Source: Micropruina sp. (GTDB lineage: Bacteria; Actinomycetota; Actinomycetes; Propionibacteriales; Propionibacteriaceae). Taken from it: a DNA stretch of 64,000 nt. The DNA lies in assembly GCF_047606365.1 (NCBI RefSeq), contig NZ_JASGEN010000039.1, forward strand, positions 344 to 64,343. Reading direction: 5' to 3'. Below are positions 17,449 through 26,865 of the stretch, piece by piece. The translations under genes and the position numbers were made by a program. The notes beneath the pieces were generated by a model. It did not search any database, was not told where the DNA came from, and saw nothing but the letters and a program-made list of their open reading frames with translations. Each line of letters starts with the position of its first letter. Positions within the stretch are counted from its first letter, which is position 1.

Positions 17449-19737
17449 TCAGCCGGGAGTGGGGCGGACGACCGGCGTCCGGGGCGACCAGGGCACCACA
17501 CCCAGGTTGCGGACGCCGTCCGGGAGATCGGTGACCGGGTGGCTGGTCACCCACAGGCAGTGGCCGTCGGCGTCGGTGAGCAGCTCGTCGAAGCCGGGGC
17601 CGCGTCCGACCAGGGAGGCGATCGAGGCCACCGACGGGGCGAGCACGATGCCGCGCAGGGTCGGGTCTGAACCGTCGCGATGCTCGTCGAAGGCGCCGGG
17701 CTGGCCGACGATGAGGAACCGGGTGATCGAGCCGGAGAGGTCGTCGATCTCGCGCTCGACCACGTGCACGAACGGGTGGTCGGCCTCGGCGCCTGAGGAG
17801 GCCAGCGCGATCGCCGGACCGCCGGCGGTGAGCAGCTGGCCGAGCGCGTCCGCGGTCGAGGCGCACGGACGCGGATCCAGACCCCAGCGTCGGACGAAGT
17901 TGGTGCACTGGGCCAGCGCCTGCGGATGGCTGAACACCGGTGCGCCGCGCAGTTCGGACAACGCGACCGGGGCAGCCGCGTACGCATCGAACCGGACGGC
18001 GACGTCCACCACGCCGCCGGCCACCACCGGCACATCGGAGGCCAGCAGCGCCTTGGTCGAGCGGGTGACCAGGCCGGAGGCCGAGCTGGTGATCGGCAGC
18101 ACGCCGAGCCCGCCGGCCCGGGTCGCCTCCAGCACGTCGTCGAAGGAGTCCACCGCCTCGATCTCGACGTCGTGCTCGCCGGCCCCGGCCAGGCCCACCG
18201 CGAACTGCCGGGCGGCGTTCTCGGAGAAGGTGCCGGGAGGCCCCAGATAACGCAGCTCGGGACGGGTTTCGCGCAGCGGCCGGGCCACCCCGTGCGGCCA
18301 GGCGTAGGCGACCTCGACGGCCCGCCGGAGCCGCTCGATGGTCTCGTCCAGGTCGAGGTCGGCACGGATCTCGGTGCGGATCACCACCGCCCGCTGACCG
18401 GTCCGGACCGCTTCGGAGACCAGGTAGGCGGCGCCCACCCCGCGCTGTTCGCGCACCACCGAAGCGACCCCGTCGCCGGCCACCGATTCGGGCACCAGGA
18501 AGCGGATGTCGCGGCGCAGGTAGGCCAGCCAGGAGTCGAGAGCGACCTCGAGTTCGGCGTCCGAGAGCACCTCGACATGCCCGATGCCGAACCGGGTCCG
18601 GACGGCCTTGCCGCGGCGTCCGAGCCGTTTGGCGTTGCGGACGCCCGGTCCGAGCAGCAGCGCGGCCTCGCCCCGTGGGCCGATCAGCAACTCCTCCAAC
18701 ACCAGGTGCACCGGGGTCAGGTCGACCAGCCGTCCGACCCGCAGCTTGTCGGGGCGCCCGGTCGGATACAGGCCGACCAGGCCGCCCAGCCGGCGCACCC
18801 GGGCCAGGGTGGCCCGCTTCGACTGGCCGGCGGTCAGGGTCGCGGCGGCGGTGTTGCGGACGGTGTCGAACAAGGCACCGCTGAACCGGTCCCGGGTCGC
18901 GGTGATCCGGGCCACCAGGTCGTCGCGGGAGGTGGCGGACGCGCTCACCGACGCCACCGCGGCGGCCAGTTCGGCGGCGGCGGTTTCCCCGTCGACGCTG
19001 GCCTGGATGTGCGCCAGGGTCAGTTCCTGGTTCTCTTCCAGCAGGCTCACCGCCAGCCCGAGCAGCGCCTCGAACAGCGGCGTCCGGGCGGCCCACAGCT
19101 CGTCGGCCAGGTCGAGTCCGCTTTCGGCGACGGCGGTGACGAAGCCGAGCAGCGCCTGGTGGGTGAGCGCCAGCACGTAGGTCATGATCCGGTCGTGCCG
19201 CTCGGGTGACAGCACCGTGTAGATGCCGCCGCGGCTGGTGATCGCCTCGGCCAGCCAGCCGGTCGCCACCCCGCGCACCTCGGTCGCGCACACCGTCTGG
19301 CCGTCCAGCGAACGGGCCGCGGTGTCCATCAGCGGGTGCAGCGCGACGGCCGTCCGGTCGGGGACGGCGGCCAGCAGGTCCATCGTCCAGCTGAAGCTCG
19401 CACCGACCATTATGATCGGCGCATCGGCCGGCAGCAGGGCGTCCACATCGGCGAGCACGCCGGCGGCGGCGCCGTCCGGAACGGCGAGGCAGATGATGAA
19501 GCCCGCGGCGCCCAGTTCGGACGCGACCTCGTCGAGGGTGCCGGTGCGCACCGGCGTCGCACCGTAGGCGTGGGTCGCCCCCTCGAGCAGTTGCGCGGAG
19601 GCGGCGGTGTCGACCAGCACGACCTGCTGCCAGGGCAGGTCGGCGAACAGGTGATCGGAGAGCCAGCGCCCCATGCCTGCGGCGGCGCCGACGACGAGCA
19701 GCCGGGAAGGTTCGCCGGGCTGCGCTGACTGGGTCAC
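17449..19737 (-). CDS. Fusion: prephenate dehydrogenase-like N-terminus, central uncharacterised region, prephenate dehydratase-like C-terminus
   Basis: GAAAGMGRW, CLAVP, HPLM, SPERHDRIMTYVLALTH (TyrA-like); YLGPPGTFSE.AA, SHPQALAQC, TRF (PheA-like); GTG start 6 nt after TACACT. Confidence 0.75.
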   Translation of the reverse strand: MTQSAQPGEPSRLLVVGAAAGMGRWLSDHLFADLPWQQVVLVDTAASAQLLEGATHAYGATPVRTGTLDEVASELGAAGFIICLAVPDGAAAGVLADVDALLPADAPIIMVGASFSWTMDLLAAVPDRTAVALHPLMDTAARSLDGQTVCATEVRGVATGWLAEAITSRGGIYTVLSPERHDRIMTYVLALTHQALLGFVTAVAESGLDLADELWAARTPLFEALLGLAVSLLEENQELTLAHIQASVDGETAAAELAAAVASVSASATSRDDLVARITATRDRFSGALFDTVRNTAAATLTAGQSKRATLARVRRLGGLVGLYPTGRPDKLRVGRLVDLTPVHLVLEELLIGPRGEAALLLGPGVRNAKRLGRRGKAVRTRFGIGHVEVLSDAELEVALDSWLAYLRRDIRFLVPESVAGDGVASVVREQRGVGAAYLVSEAVRTGQRAVVIRTEIRADLDLDETIERLRRAVEVAYAWPHGVARPLRETRPELRYLGPPGTFSENAARQFAVGLAGAGEHDVEIEAVDSFDDVLEATRAGGLGVLPITSSASGLVTRSTKALLASDVPVVAGGVVDVAVRFDAYAAAPVALSELRGAPVFSHPQALAQCTNFVRRWGLDPRPCASTADALGQLLTAGGPAIALASSGAEADHPFVHVVEREIDDLSGSITRFLIVGQPGAFDEHRDGSDPTLRGIVLAPSVASIASLVGRGPGFDELLTDADGHCLWVTSHPVTDLPDGVRNLGVVPWSPRTPVVRPTPG

Positions 19738-19774
19738 CGGGTCAGTGTAAGCGGAACCCCTCGGTGCCGCCTTT

Positions 19775-19844
19775 CGTTGGTCGAGCTTGTCGAGACCCTG
19801 GACGTGCGTGCGCTGGCAAGGGGTTTCGACAGCTCAACCAGCGG
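19775..19844. repeat. REP-like family 1 inverted pair
   Basis: TTGGTCGAGCTTGTCGAGACC...GGTTTCGACAGCTCAACCAGCGG. Confidence 0.8.
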
Positions 19845-19865
19845 CGGTTATGACCGGCCTCCCGC

Positions 19866-20603
19866 TCAGCCGACCGCGACGACGGACGCCGCGGCACGAT
19901 CCAGCGCCGGGAACTGGGCGGCCGCACCGGGATGGTCGGGTCGCAACTCGACCAGCGCGAAGTGGCGTCCGTTCGGCAGCGCCACCACCAGCATCGACAA
20001 CTCGACCCGTTCGGCGGCGCCGTCCGACAGCGTGCCGGTCACCGTCGCGTGCGCCCAACGTGCCGGATACGGCCCGATCGCCGTCTCCGGGTCGCTGCGG
20101 ACGTCGCTGACCCGCAGATCGGTCAGCGAGCGGTAGACGCGGGCCCCGACCTCGGCGAGGACGCCCCGTCCGGTGGCGTCCAGGTCACCGACGACCACGG
20201 TGCGCGGCTCGAGGTCGGCGACGATCAGACCCACCGGCAGGTTCTGGTTCTGCTTCCAGCCCGGGTCGGCGGCCCACGCGATCAGCGTCGCCTCGGTGAA
20301 CAGGCCGGTGGTCGAGGTGGGGTCGGCGACACCGAACGGCTTGCCGGGCATTCGCCCACTCAGGTACGGCTCGACCGTCAGTGTGCGGCTCAGCGGATCG
20401 ACGCTGACCCGGTGCACGGGCTGGCTGGGCAGGATCGAAGCCGGTCCGGCAGTGGGTGCGGGCACCGTCGGCGCCGGTAGCACTGGTCCTCGGACGGCGC
20501 CCACCACGGCCAACGCGACGGTGACCACTAGCGCGGTCACCGCCACGGTGACCAGGGCACGAATGGCGACGCTGCGTCGCCGTCCGACCTCCGTGCCACT
20601 CAC
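19866..20603 (-). CDS. Hypothetical membrane-anchored extracytoplasmic protein
   Basis: RRR followed by a hydrophobic helix and Pro/Thr linker; GTG 20603 lies 6 nt after TACACT. Confidence 0.65.
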   Translation of the reverse strand: MSGTEVGRRRSVAIRALVTVAVTALVVTVALAVVGAVRGPVLPAPTVPAPTAGPASILPSQPVHRVSVDPLSRTLTVEPYLSGRMPGKPFGVADPTSTTGLFTEATLIAWAADPGWKQNQNLPVGLIVADLEPRTVVVGDLDATGRGVLAEVGARVYRSLTDLRVSDVRSDPETAIGPYPARWAHATVTGTLSDGAAERVELSMLVVALPNGRHFALVELRPDHPGAAAQFPALDRAAASVVAVG

Positions 20604-20650
20604 CCGGGGAGTGTAACCAGGCACCGGTCAGGCCTCGGCGCTCGATCCGG

Positions 20651-22225
20651 TCAGGGTGTCGCCGGACGACCGCGGAACCGGCGCCAGCCGTCCCGCAGCA
20701 GGCTCATCCGGGGCATCTCGCCGCCCTCGGAACGCCACCACCAGATCACCCAGACGATGGCTGCGATCTGGGCGGCGGTGCACAGCACATCGCGCATCGC
20801 GAAACCGGCGATCACCACGCCGGGCCCGAACTCGATCACCCGGCCGGTGACGTAGGCCAGCGACAGCCAGGTGCCGCGCCACATGGTGATCACATCGAGC
20901 CGGTTGGCCGCCATCAGCGCCAACGGCACCCAGGTGATCAGGTCGTACCAGCTCAGCGTGTACGGCGAGGTGATCAGCCACGCGGCGGTCAGCAGCGCCG
21001 CCGTCCGGACCGCGATGGTCAGCGGATCACGCCTCGGATCGGTTCCCGCCGGGGCGCCCGGGGCGGTCTCCCAGGGCAGCACCCGGGACAGCATCCAGCC
21101 GACCGCCACCATGCCGGCCATGCCGAGCACGCTGATCACCCGGCGGGTGATGCCGTCGCCGACCGTGACCACGCCGAGGCCGAGCAGCCACTCCGCCCAG
21201 GAGCCGGCCGACACGTACGAGGTGTTCCGGCCGGCCGCGAACAACGCCTCGGGGGCGAACAGTCCGTAACCGAGTCCGATGGTGACCGCGGCCGCCACAC
21301 ATAGCTGGATCAGCTTGCGCGGCTGATGCCGGTAGCCCCACACCATCGCCAACCCGTAGTAGACCAGCGACACCTTGACGCAGCCGGCCAGGCCGATCCC
21401 GACGCCGGCCAGCCAGGCGTTGCGCCGCATGAACCACAGTCCGGCGACGGCGAACACCAGCGTCAGCGGCTCGTTGTGGGCCTGCGCGCAGATCGACCAG
21501 ATCATGATCGGGTTGAGAATGGTGAACAGCACCGCGCGGGTCTGGAAGGCCGGGTCGCCGTGCGCCATCTTCACCGCGATGAACGCCACCACCAGGAACG
21601 GCAGCACGGCGAACATCTGCAGCCAGAAGACCACCTGGTGCATGCTTTCGCCGCCCAGGGTGGCGGCCAGCCACTGGCTGAACGAGGCGATCGGGCCGTA
21701 CACCGAGGGGGTGTCCTGCCAGGGCGCCTCCATCCAGCGCATCACCGGATCGAACTCCTGCCGGACGATGTTCGCCGGGGTGATGTCGTAGGGGTTCCAG
21801 CCCAGCACCATCAGCCGTCCGTAGGCGGCGTACATCAGCACATCGGCCGAAGTCAGCGGCGGTACCAGCGAGGTGACCAGGCAGAGCACCGCGCCCAGCA
21901 CGAAGAGCCGATGGATGTTCGGTCGCCAGCCGGTGTCGACGGCGCGATAGCAGATCCACAACCCGATCGAGCCTGCGATGAGGGCGATCCACAGCGACAG
22001 CACCGCCACCCACTCGTTGAGGCTGACGATGCCCGCCGGCAGGTACCAGGGCGGCATCAGCGAGCTGCGCGGACCGAGCCGCAGCGCAACCGCCGACGGA
22101 CCCATGAAGGCGATCACGATGGTCACGATGGTGGCGGCGACGATCAGCCGCAGACCGAGCCGGGAGTTCTTCGTCCACTCCTGGTCGAGGACCGCGCGAG
22201 CACGAGTAACCAGCGCGCTCGACAT
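20651..22225 (-). CDS. GT-C polyprenol-phosphomannose-dependent mannosyltransferase (MptA/MptB-like)
   Basis: SADVLMYAAYGR..VLGWNPY, TPSVYGP, AHNE, many TM helices. Confidence 0.8.
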   Translation of the reverse strand: MSSALVTRARAVLDQEWTKNSRLGLRLIVAATIVTIVIAFMGPSAVALRLGPRSSLMPPWYLPAGIVSLNEWVAVLSLWIALIAGSIGLWICYRAVDTGWRPNIHRLFVLGAVLCLVTSLVPPLTSADVLMYAAYGRLMVLGWNPYDITPANIVRQEFDPVMRWMEAPWQDTPSVYGPIASFSQWLAATLGGESMHQVVFWLQMFAVLPFLVVAFIAVKMAHGDPAFQTRAVLFTILNPIMIWSICAQAHNEPLTLVFAVAGLWFMRRNAWLAGVGIGLAGCVKVSLVYYGLAMVWGYRHQPRKLIQLCVAAAVTIGLGYGLFAPEALFAAGRNTSYVSAGSWAEWLLGLGVVTVGDGITRRVISVLGMAGMVAVGWMLSRVLPWETAPGAPAGTDPRRDPLTIAVRTAALLTAAWLITSPYTLSWYDLITWVPLALMAANRLDVITMWRGTWLSLAYVTGRVIEFGPGVVIAGFAMRDVLCTAAQIAAIVWVIWWWRSEGGEMPRMSLLRDGWRRFRGRPATP

Positions 22226-22400
22226 GGGACTCCTCGGGGTAGACGGCACCGCCGAGGATATCGGGCACCCACGGGCCACCCCCAGCAGCACGACCGGTCG
22301 AGATGATCCTGTTATCCGCCGCTATTCCACGGGAGCACGGGCCAAGTGCCTCCGCCGCGGATGCCGAGTGCCCGCATCAGGTTTGGGTTACCGTGCGGGG

Positions 22401-23213
22401 ATGGACGCGGCGACGAACCCGGGCGGTTGGCCCGCGGAGTTGCCGGTGCCGGTCAGCGTCGAGCCGCTGAGTGGCGGCTGGGTCGGCGATACCCGACTGG
22501 CGACGCTGACCGGCGGACGTCGCGTCGTGGTCAAGGACTGCCCCTATCCGGCGGTGATCGAGGCCGACGGGCTGGGTGCGTTGCGGCGGGCCGGCGTCCC
22601 CACACCGAAGGTGCTGGCGGCGTCGGGAACACGGCTGATCCTCGAGTACGTCGACGGCCCCCCGGATTGGCCGGCGCTGGGCCTGGCGATCGGCCGGATG
22701 CATCGCCAGGCCGGGCCGCGGTACGGCTGGCACCGGGAAAACCGGGGCGGTCGTTTCCGCCAACCCAACGCCTGGTCGGACGACTGGCCGGCGTTCTTCG
22801 CCGAGCAACGCGTCCGCACCCACCTGGCCGACCCGTCCGTTCCGCGTGCGGTCGCCCGCCGCCTGGATCGGGCCTGCGACGGCGCGATCCAGGCGCTGCT
22901 GCCGTCCCGACCCGTCCCCTCGCTCACCCACGGCGACCTGTGGACGGGCAACACCGTCGCCGGCCGCTGGGTGATCGACCCGGAGGTGTCGTTCGCCGAC
23001 CGTGAGCTCGATCTGGTGCACATGCTCGGCGTCAGCCAGAATCCGTTCCCGCCGGAGTTCTGGGAGGCCTACGAACACGAATGGCCGATCCCGGACGACT
23101 TCGCCGAACGCAGCAAGGTGCTCGGCCTGCACCACCGGCTGCTCGGCGTCCGGCACTTCGGCGACCGCGGGGTCCCCGCCCTGATCGCCGACCTGGACGC
23201 CCTCGGCTGGTGA
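22401..23213 (+). CDS. Fructosamine kinase family protein
   Basis: VVVK, EADGL..L, HGDLWTGN, IDP...ADRELDL. Confidence 0.85.
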   Translation: MDAATNPGGWPAELPVPVSVEPLSGGWVGDTRLATLTGGRRVVVKDCPYPAVIEADGLGALRRAGVPTPKVLAASGTRLILEYVDGPPDWPALGLAIGRMHRQAGPRYGWHRENRGGRFRQPNAWSDDWPAFFAEQRVRTHLADPSVPRAVARRLDRACDGAIQALLPSRPVPSLTHGDLWTGNTVAGRWVIDPEVSFADRELDLVHMLGVSQNPFPPEFWEAYEHEWPIPDDFAERSKVLGLHHRLLGVRHFGDRGVPALIADLDALGW

Positions 23214-23214
23214 C

Positions 23215-24078
23215 CTACTTCAGCAGCTTGGACATCCGGCGGTCGGCCAGGGGTTTACCGCCGGTCTGACAGCCTGGACAGTACTGCAGGGACGAGTCGG
23301 CGAAGGAGACCTCGGCGATCGGCGTGCCGCAGACGTCACAGGGTTCGCCGGTGCGGCCGTGGACCCGCAGGCCGATCTTCTTCTCGCCCTTCAGCTCCTT
23401 GGCGGCCCGGCCGACCGAACGGGCGATCGCGTCGCCGAGCTCATCCTTGATCGCGGCGAACAACCGGGCATGTTCCTCGGCCGACAAGGCATTGGACGGC
23501 TTGAACGGGCTCAGCTTGGCGGCGTGCAGAATCTCGTCGCTGTAGGCGTTGCCGATGCCGGCGATCACCCGCTGGTCACGCAGCACCCCTTTGAGCTGGG
23601 CGCGTCCGGCCTTGGCCAGGATCGCCGCCAACGCGTCGGAGTCGAACTCGTCGGCCAGCGGATCGGGGCCGAGGCTGGCCAGCATCGGCACGTCCTGCGG
23701 GGCGCCGACCACATAGATGGCCAGCTTCCGCTGGGTGCCCATCTCGGTCAGATCAAAGCCCGAACCGTCGGCCAGCACCACCCGCAGACTCAGCGGACCA
23801 CGTCCGGGACGAGCCGGCTTGGTGGGCATGGCGTCCTTCCATTGCAGCCAGCCGGCCCTGGCCAGGTGGAACACCAGCCAACTGCCCGAGACGTCGATCG
23901 CGATGAATTTCCCGTAGCGGCGGACCTGTTCCACCTCGCCCCCGTGCAATGCCGAGAGCGGCAGCTGGAACGTCTTCAGCGCGCTGAACGCCAACAGCTC
24001 GGTGCGGGCGATGGTCGCGCCGGTCAGCTTGTCGGTGAGGAACGAGCGCAGCGCCTCCACCTCGGGCAGTTCAGGCAC
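23215..24078 (-). CDS. Fpg/Nei family DNA glycosylase/AP lyase
   Basis: N-terminal PELPEV, RYGKF, LRDQRVIAGIGNAYSDEILH, C-terminal CxxC...CxxC zinc finger. Confidence 0.92.
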   Translation of the reverse strand: MPELPEVEALRSFLTDKLTGATIARTELLAFSALKTFQLPLSALHGGEVEQVRRYGKFIAIDVSGSWLVFHLARAGWLQWKDAMPTKPARPGRGPLSLRVVLADGSGFDLTEMGTQRKLAIYVVGAPQDVPMLASLGPDPLADEFDSDALAAILAKAGRAQLKGVLRDQRVIAGIGNAYSDEILHAAKLSPFKPSNALSAEEHARLFAAIKDELGDAIARSVGRAAKELKGEKKIGLRVHGRTGEPCDVCGTPIAEVSFADSSLQYCPGCQTGGKPLADRRMSKLLK

Positions 24079-24787
24079 CGTCGTCCTCCGTTCCCCGCTC
24101 ACTCAGTTCTCGCTCGGACGCCCAGTCGGGCCCGGGCAGGCCGAGGGTTTCGTCCAGCGCCGCCAGGTATTCGTCGCGATCAATCTCGATCACCCCGAGC
24201 GAGGCCAGGTGGTCGGTGCGCCATTGGACGTCGATCAGCCGCTCGGTGCCGCCGTCGCGCTGCATCGCCCGGACCAGCCGCAGCAGTGCCACCTTGGACG
24301 CGTCCCGGCCGATCTCGGGGTCGTGGAACATCGATTCGCCGGCGAACAGGCCGCCCAGCGACACCCCGTACAGACCGCCGGCGAGCCGTCCGTCGGGAGT
24401 CCAGGTCTCGACGCTGTGCACCACCCCGTGCTCGTGCAGCAGGGTGAACGCGTTGACGATGTCGTCGTCGATCCAGCCGTGCGGACGGCTCGGGTCGGCG
24501 CAGCGGCTGATCACCTGGTCGAAAGCGGCATCGACGGTGGTCACATAGCGTTTCGCGGCTTGCCGCAGCGAGCGGGTGACCCGCATGCCGTCGGGCAGCA
24601 GAACCCCGCGCCGCATCGGCGACCACCAACCCATCCGGGCCGGGAACCAGGAGTTGTGCAGGGGCATCGGGAAGACCCCGCAGCGGTAGGCCAACACCAC
24701 CAGGTCGGGGTCGAGCTCGTCGGAGAGCCCGATCAAGTCCTGCGCCGGCCAGTCCCGCGGCGGTCCGAAGATGCCCGGGCGACTCAT
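24071..24787 (-). CDS. aat: Leucyl/phenylalanyl-tRNA--protein transferase
   Basis: AYRCGVFPM, WWSP..RG, HSVETW, GGLYGV..GG.FAGESMF, DASKVAL, IDVQW.T.HL.SLG. Confidence 0.92.
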   Translation of the reverse strand: MSRPGIFGPPRDWPAQDLIGLSDELDPDLVVLAYRCGVFPMPLHNSWFPARMGWWSPMRRGVLLPDGMRVTRSLRQAAKRYVTTVDAAFDQVISRCADPSRPHGWIDDDIVNAFTLLHEHGVVHSVETWTPDGRLAGGLYGVSLGGLFAGESMFHDPEIGRDASKVALLRLVRAMQRDGGTERLIDVQWRTDHLASLGVIEIDRDEYLAALDETLGLPGPDWASERELSERGTEDDGA

Positions 24788-24883
24788 TGCTCGATTGTGC
24801 CATCCGGCACCGACGATTCGACCGATCCTGGCACCCGCGCCTCCGATCACTGGGCGCCTGGCCACCGAGGACGCCGAGTGGCC

Positions 24884-24951
24884 CGAAAAGAACCGTCCCT
24901 CCGGTCCATTTCCGGGCAAAGTGGAACGAAAAGAACCGTCCCTCCGGTCCA
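24884..24951. repeat. Perfect 25-bp direct repeat, 43-bp period
   Basis: CGAAAAGAACCGTCCCTCCGGTCCA at 24884-24908 and 24927-24951 in the aat/ecsC divergent gap. Confidence 0.8.
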
Positions 24952-25051
24952 CTGTGCCGGCCCAGGGATGCCGCGGGGTCACCCCCGATAGTGGCTGGGG
25001 GCACCGTGAGTAGTGTGGACGGCGAATCCCGCGACGCTCAGGAGTGACCGC

Positions 25052-25729
25052 ATGTCCACCCAGGAACCCAGCTCCTCCCAGGAAGCCAGCAAGACCCTCG
25101 TTCAGCGCGCGCCCGAAGTGGCCGGCAATGTGCTCCGGCAGATCCTCGAGTTCGCCATCGACGGCAATATGACCATTCCGGGCGCCAAGGACGCGGCCGC
25201 CCGCTGCCTGCAGACCCGCGGCGATCATGAGGCGGCCGTCGAGTCGGTGGTTCGGCAACACGTCGGACTGGCCGGGGCGCAGGGCTTCCTGACCAACCTG
25301 GGCGGCCTGCTGTTGCTGCCGGTGGCGCTGCCGGCCAACCTGGCCGGGCTGGCGGTCGTCCAGATGCGAATGATCGCGGCGATCGCGCACCTGCGCGGCT
25401 ACGACCTGAACGACCGGCGGGTGCGCTCGGCGTTGACCCTGGCGATGCTCGGTGAGGACGACGTGCGCAAGCTGGTGGCGTCCGGCAAGTTGCCCAGCAC
25501 GCCGATGGGGGTGGCCACCGCGCCCGTCTTTGACCCGATTCTGGAGCATGCGGTCAGCGAACGGGTGTTCGGCGACCTGGGCATGAAGATGGCCGGCAAG
25601 CATGCGGTGGTGCAGGTCGCCAAGCGGATCCCGCTGGTCGGCGGCGGCGTCGGCGCGGCCGCCGACGGCTACTTCACCTACGCCCTGGGTCAGTACGCCC
25701 GGCGCGAGTTCGTCCGGCGTCGCGGCTAG
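25052..25729 (+). CDS. EcsC family protein
   Basis: GAQGF.T.LGG....VALPANL, AHLRGYDL, K.IPLVGG.VGA..D. Confidence 0.8.
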   Translation: MSTQEPSSSQEASKTLVQRAPEVAGNVLRQILEFAIDGNMTIPGAKDAAARCLQTRGDHEAAVESVVRQHVGLAGAQGFLTNLGGLLLLPVALPANLAGLAVVQMRMIAAIAHLRGYDLNDRRVRSALTLAMLGEDDVRKLVASGKLPSTPMGVATAPVFDPILEHAVSERVFGDLGMKMAGKHAVVQVAKRIPLVGGGVGAAADGYFTYALGQYARREFVRRRG

Positions 25730-26670
25730 GTCTCACTCGCGGCGGTGAGTCGAGCGGCCAGTTCGCGGACGGCGGCCCGCAGCTCAGGTCCTTCCTCGAC
25801 GACGAACGGGAACGGCACCTGCGCCAGCCACTCCCCCGCGTACATCTCCGGATTGCTGGTGGTACCGGTCAGCACGCACTCGTCACCGTCGGGTTCGAGG
25901 CGGCCCATCGGTGCCCGCAGCCAGGGCCGGACGCGCTCGGCGGACGCATGGAACCGCACCCGGGTGGTCAGCCCCCAGCCCTCGCCGAGACTGCGTTCCA
26001 GGACGGCGGCGGCGTCCAGATCGGCGGGCACCTCGGAGGCGGTGCTGAGCAGGTCGACCGAACCGATCCGGTCCAGCCGGTAGGTGCGCAGTTCGCCCGA
26101 GCCAGTCCGGCACAGCAGATACCAGAGTCCGTAGCGCACGACGACGGCCCACGGGTCGACCTCGCTGGTCCACTCATGTCCGGCCGCGCTGCGATACGAG
26201 ATCCGGACGCAGCGGCCCGCAGCCACCGCCTCGACCAGGGCGGAGGTGACGCTGAGGTCGGGCCGCGGCGTCCGTGCACCGGCGGACGCGACGTGCTGCC
26301 AGAACTGCGTGGCGGGCCGTCCGACCGATTCCGGAAGTGCCCGCAACAGCTTCGCCACACCCGAGCCGGCCAAGCTGTCGGGGTCCGGTGCGCCGGCCGG
26401 CGAATCCAGCACCGCCATCACCGTCGCCAACGCCTCGGCGCCGCTGAACACCACCGGTGGTAGCCGGACGCCGCGTCCGATCTGATAGCCGCCGTACGGT
26501 CCGGTGGTGGCGGTGACCGGGATGCCGGCGTCGCGCAGGGTGCCGACGTAGCGACGGACGGCCCGCTCGCTCACTCCGAGCCGGTCGGCGAGGTCAGCGG
26601 CGCGGATCCCGGGCCGCTGGTGGATCAGGTCGAGCGTGCGCAGGGCCCGGGCGGTGGGGCTGGAGTCCAT
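25726..26670 (-). CDS. HTH_11 + WYL domain transcriptional regulator (YafY-like)
   Basis: LADRLGVSERAVRRY...LR..G, G..GGY, VDPW.VV....LWYLL, RTYRLDRI. Confidence 0.9.
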   Translation of the reverse strand: MDSSPTARALRTLDLIHQRPGIRAADLADRLGVSERAVRRYVGTLRDAGIPVTATTGPYGGYQIGRGVRLPPVVFSGAEALATVMAVLDSPAGAPDPDSLAGSGVAKLLRALPESVGRPATQFWQHVASAGARTPRPDLSVTSALVEAVAAGRCVRISYRSAAGHEWTSEVDPWAVVVRYGLWYLLCRTGSGELRTYRLDRIGSVDLLSTASEVPADLDAAAVLERSLGEGWGLTTRVRFHASAERVRPWLRAPMGRLEPDGDECVLTGTTSNPEMYAGEWLAQVPFPFVVEEGPELRAAVRELAARLTAASET

Positions 26671-26691
26671 GGCGTCATGGTAGGTCGGTTG

Positions 26692-26708
26692 CGGACGCGG
26701 ATCGTCCG
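26692..26708. promoter_or_regulatory. Candidate WYL-regulator operator CGGAC-n7-GTCCG
   Basis: Inverted repeat between the divergent WYL regulator and hydrolase genes. Confidence 0.45.
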
Positions 26709-26729
26709 GATTCGCTCCTAGGGTGCAAG

Positions 26730-26854
26730 GCATCGCTGATCATTCACGTCATCCCAGGCTCCGACCCTGGAGCTCCGGCCGGGGAAAGACCCCGGAGAGA
26801 TCCCGGATCAAGTCCAGGATGACGAGGGCGGGGCTTTGATCAGCGCATCGCTGA
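26730..26854. mobile_element. REP family 2-derived miniature element with 10-bp flanking direct repeat
   Basis: GCATCGCTGA at 26730-26739 and 26845-26854; ends nearly identical to the copy at 49101-49190. Confidence 0.55.
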
Positions 26855-26865
26855 AGGAGGAGACG

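Noticed and set aside
24788-25603. N-terminal extension of the 510-aa ORF containing aat
   Set aside because: It is the antisense of ecsC plus intergenic DNA; aat homology and a leaderless promoter start at ATG 24787
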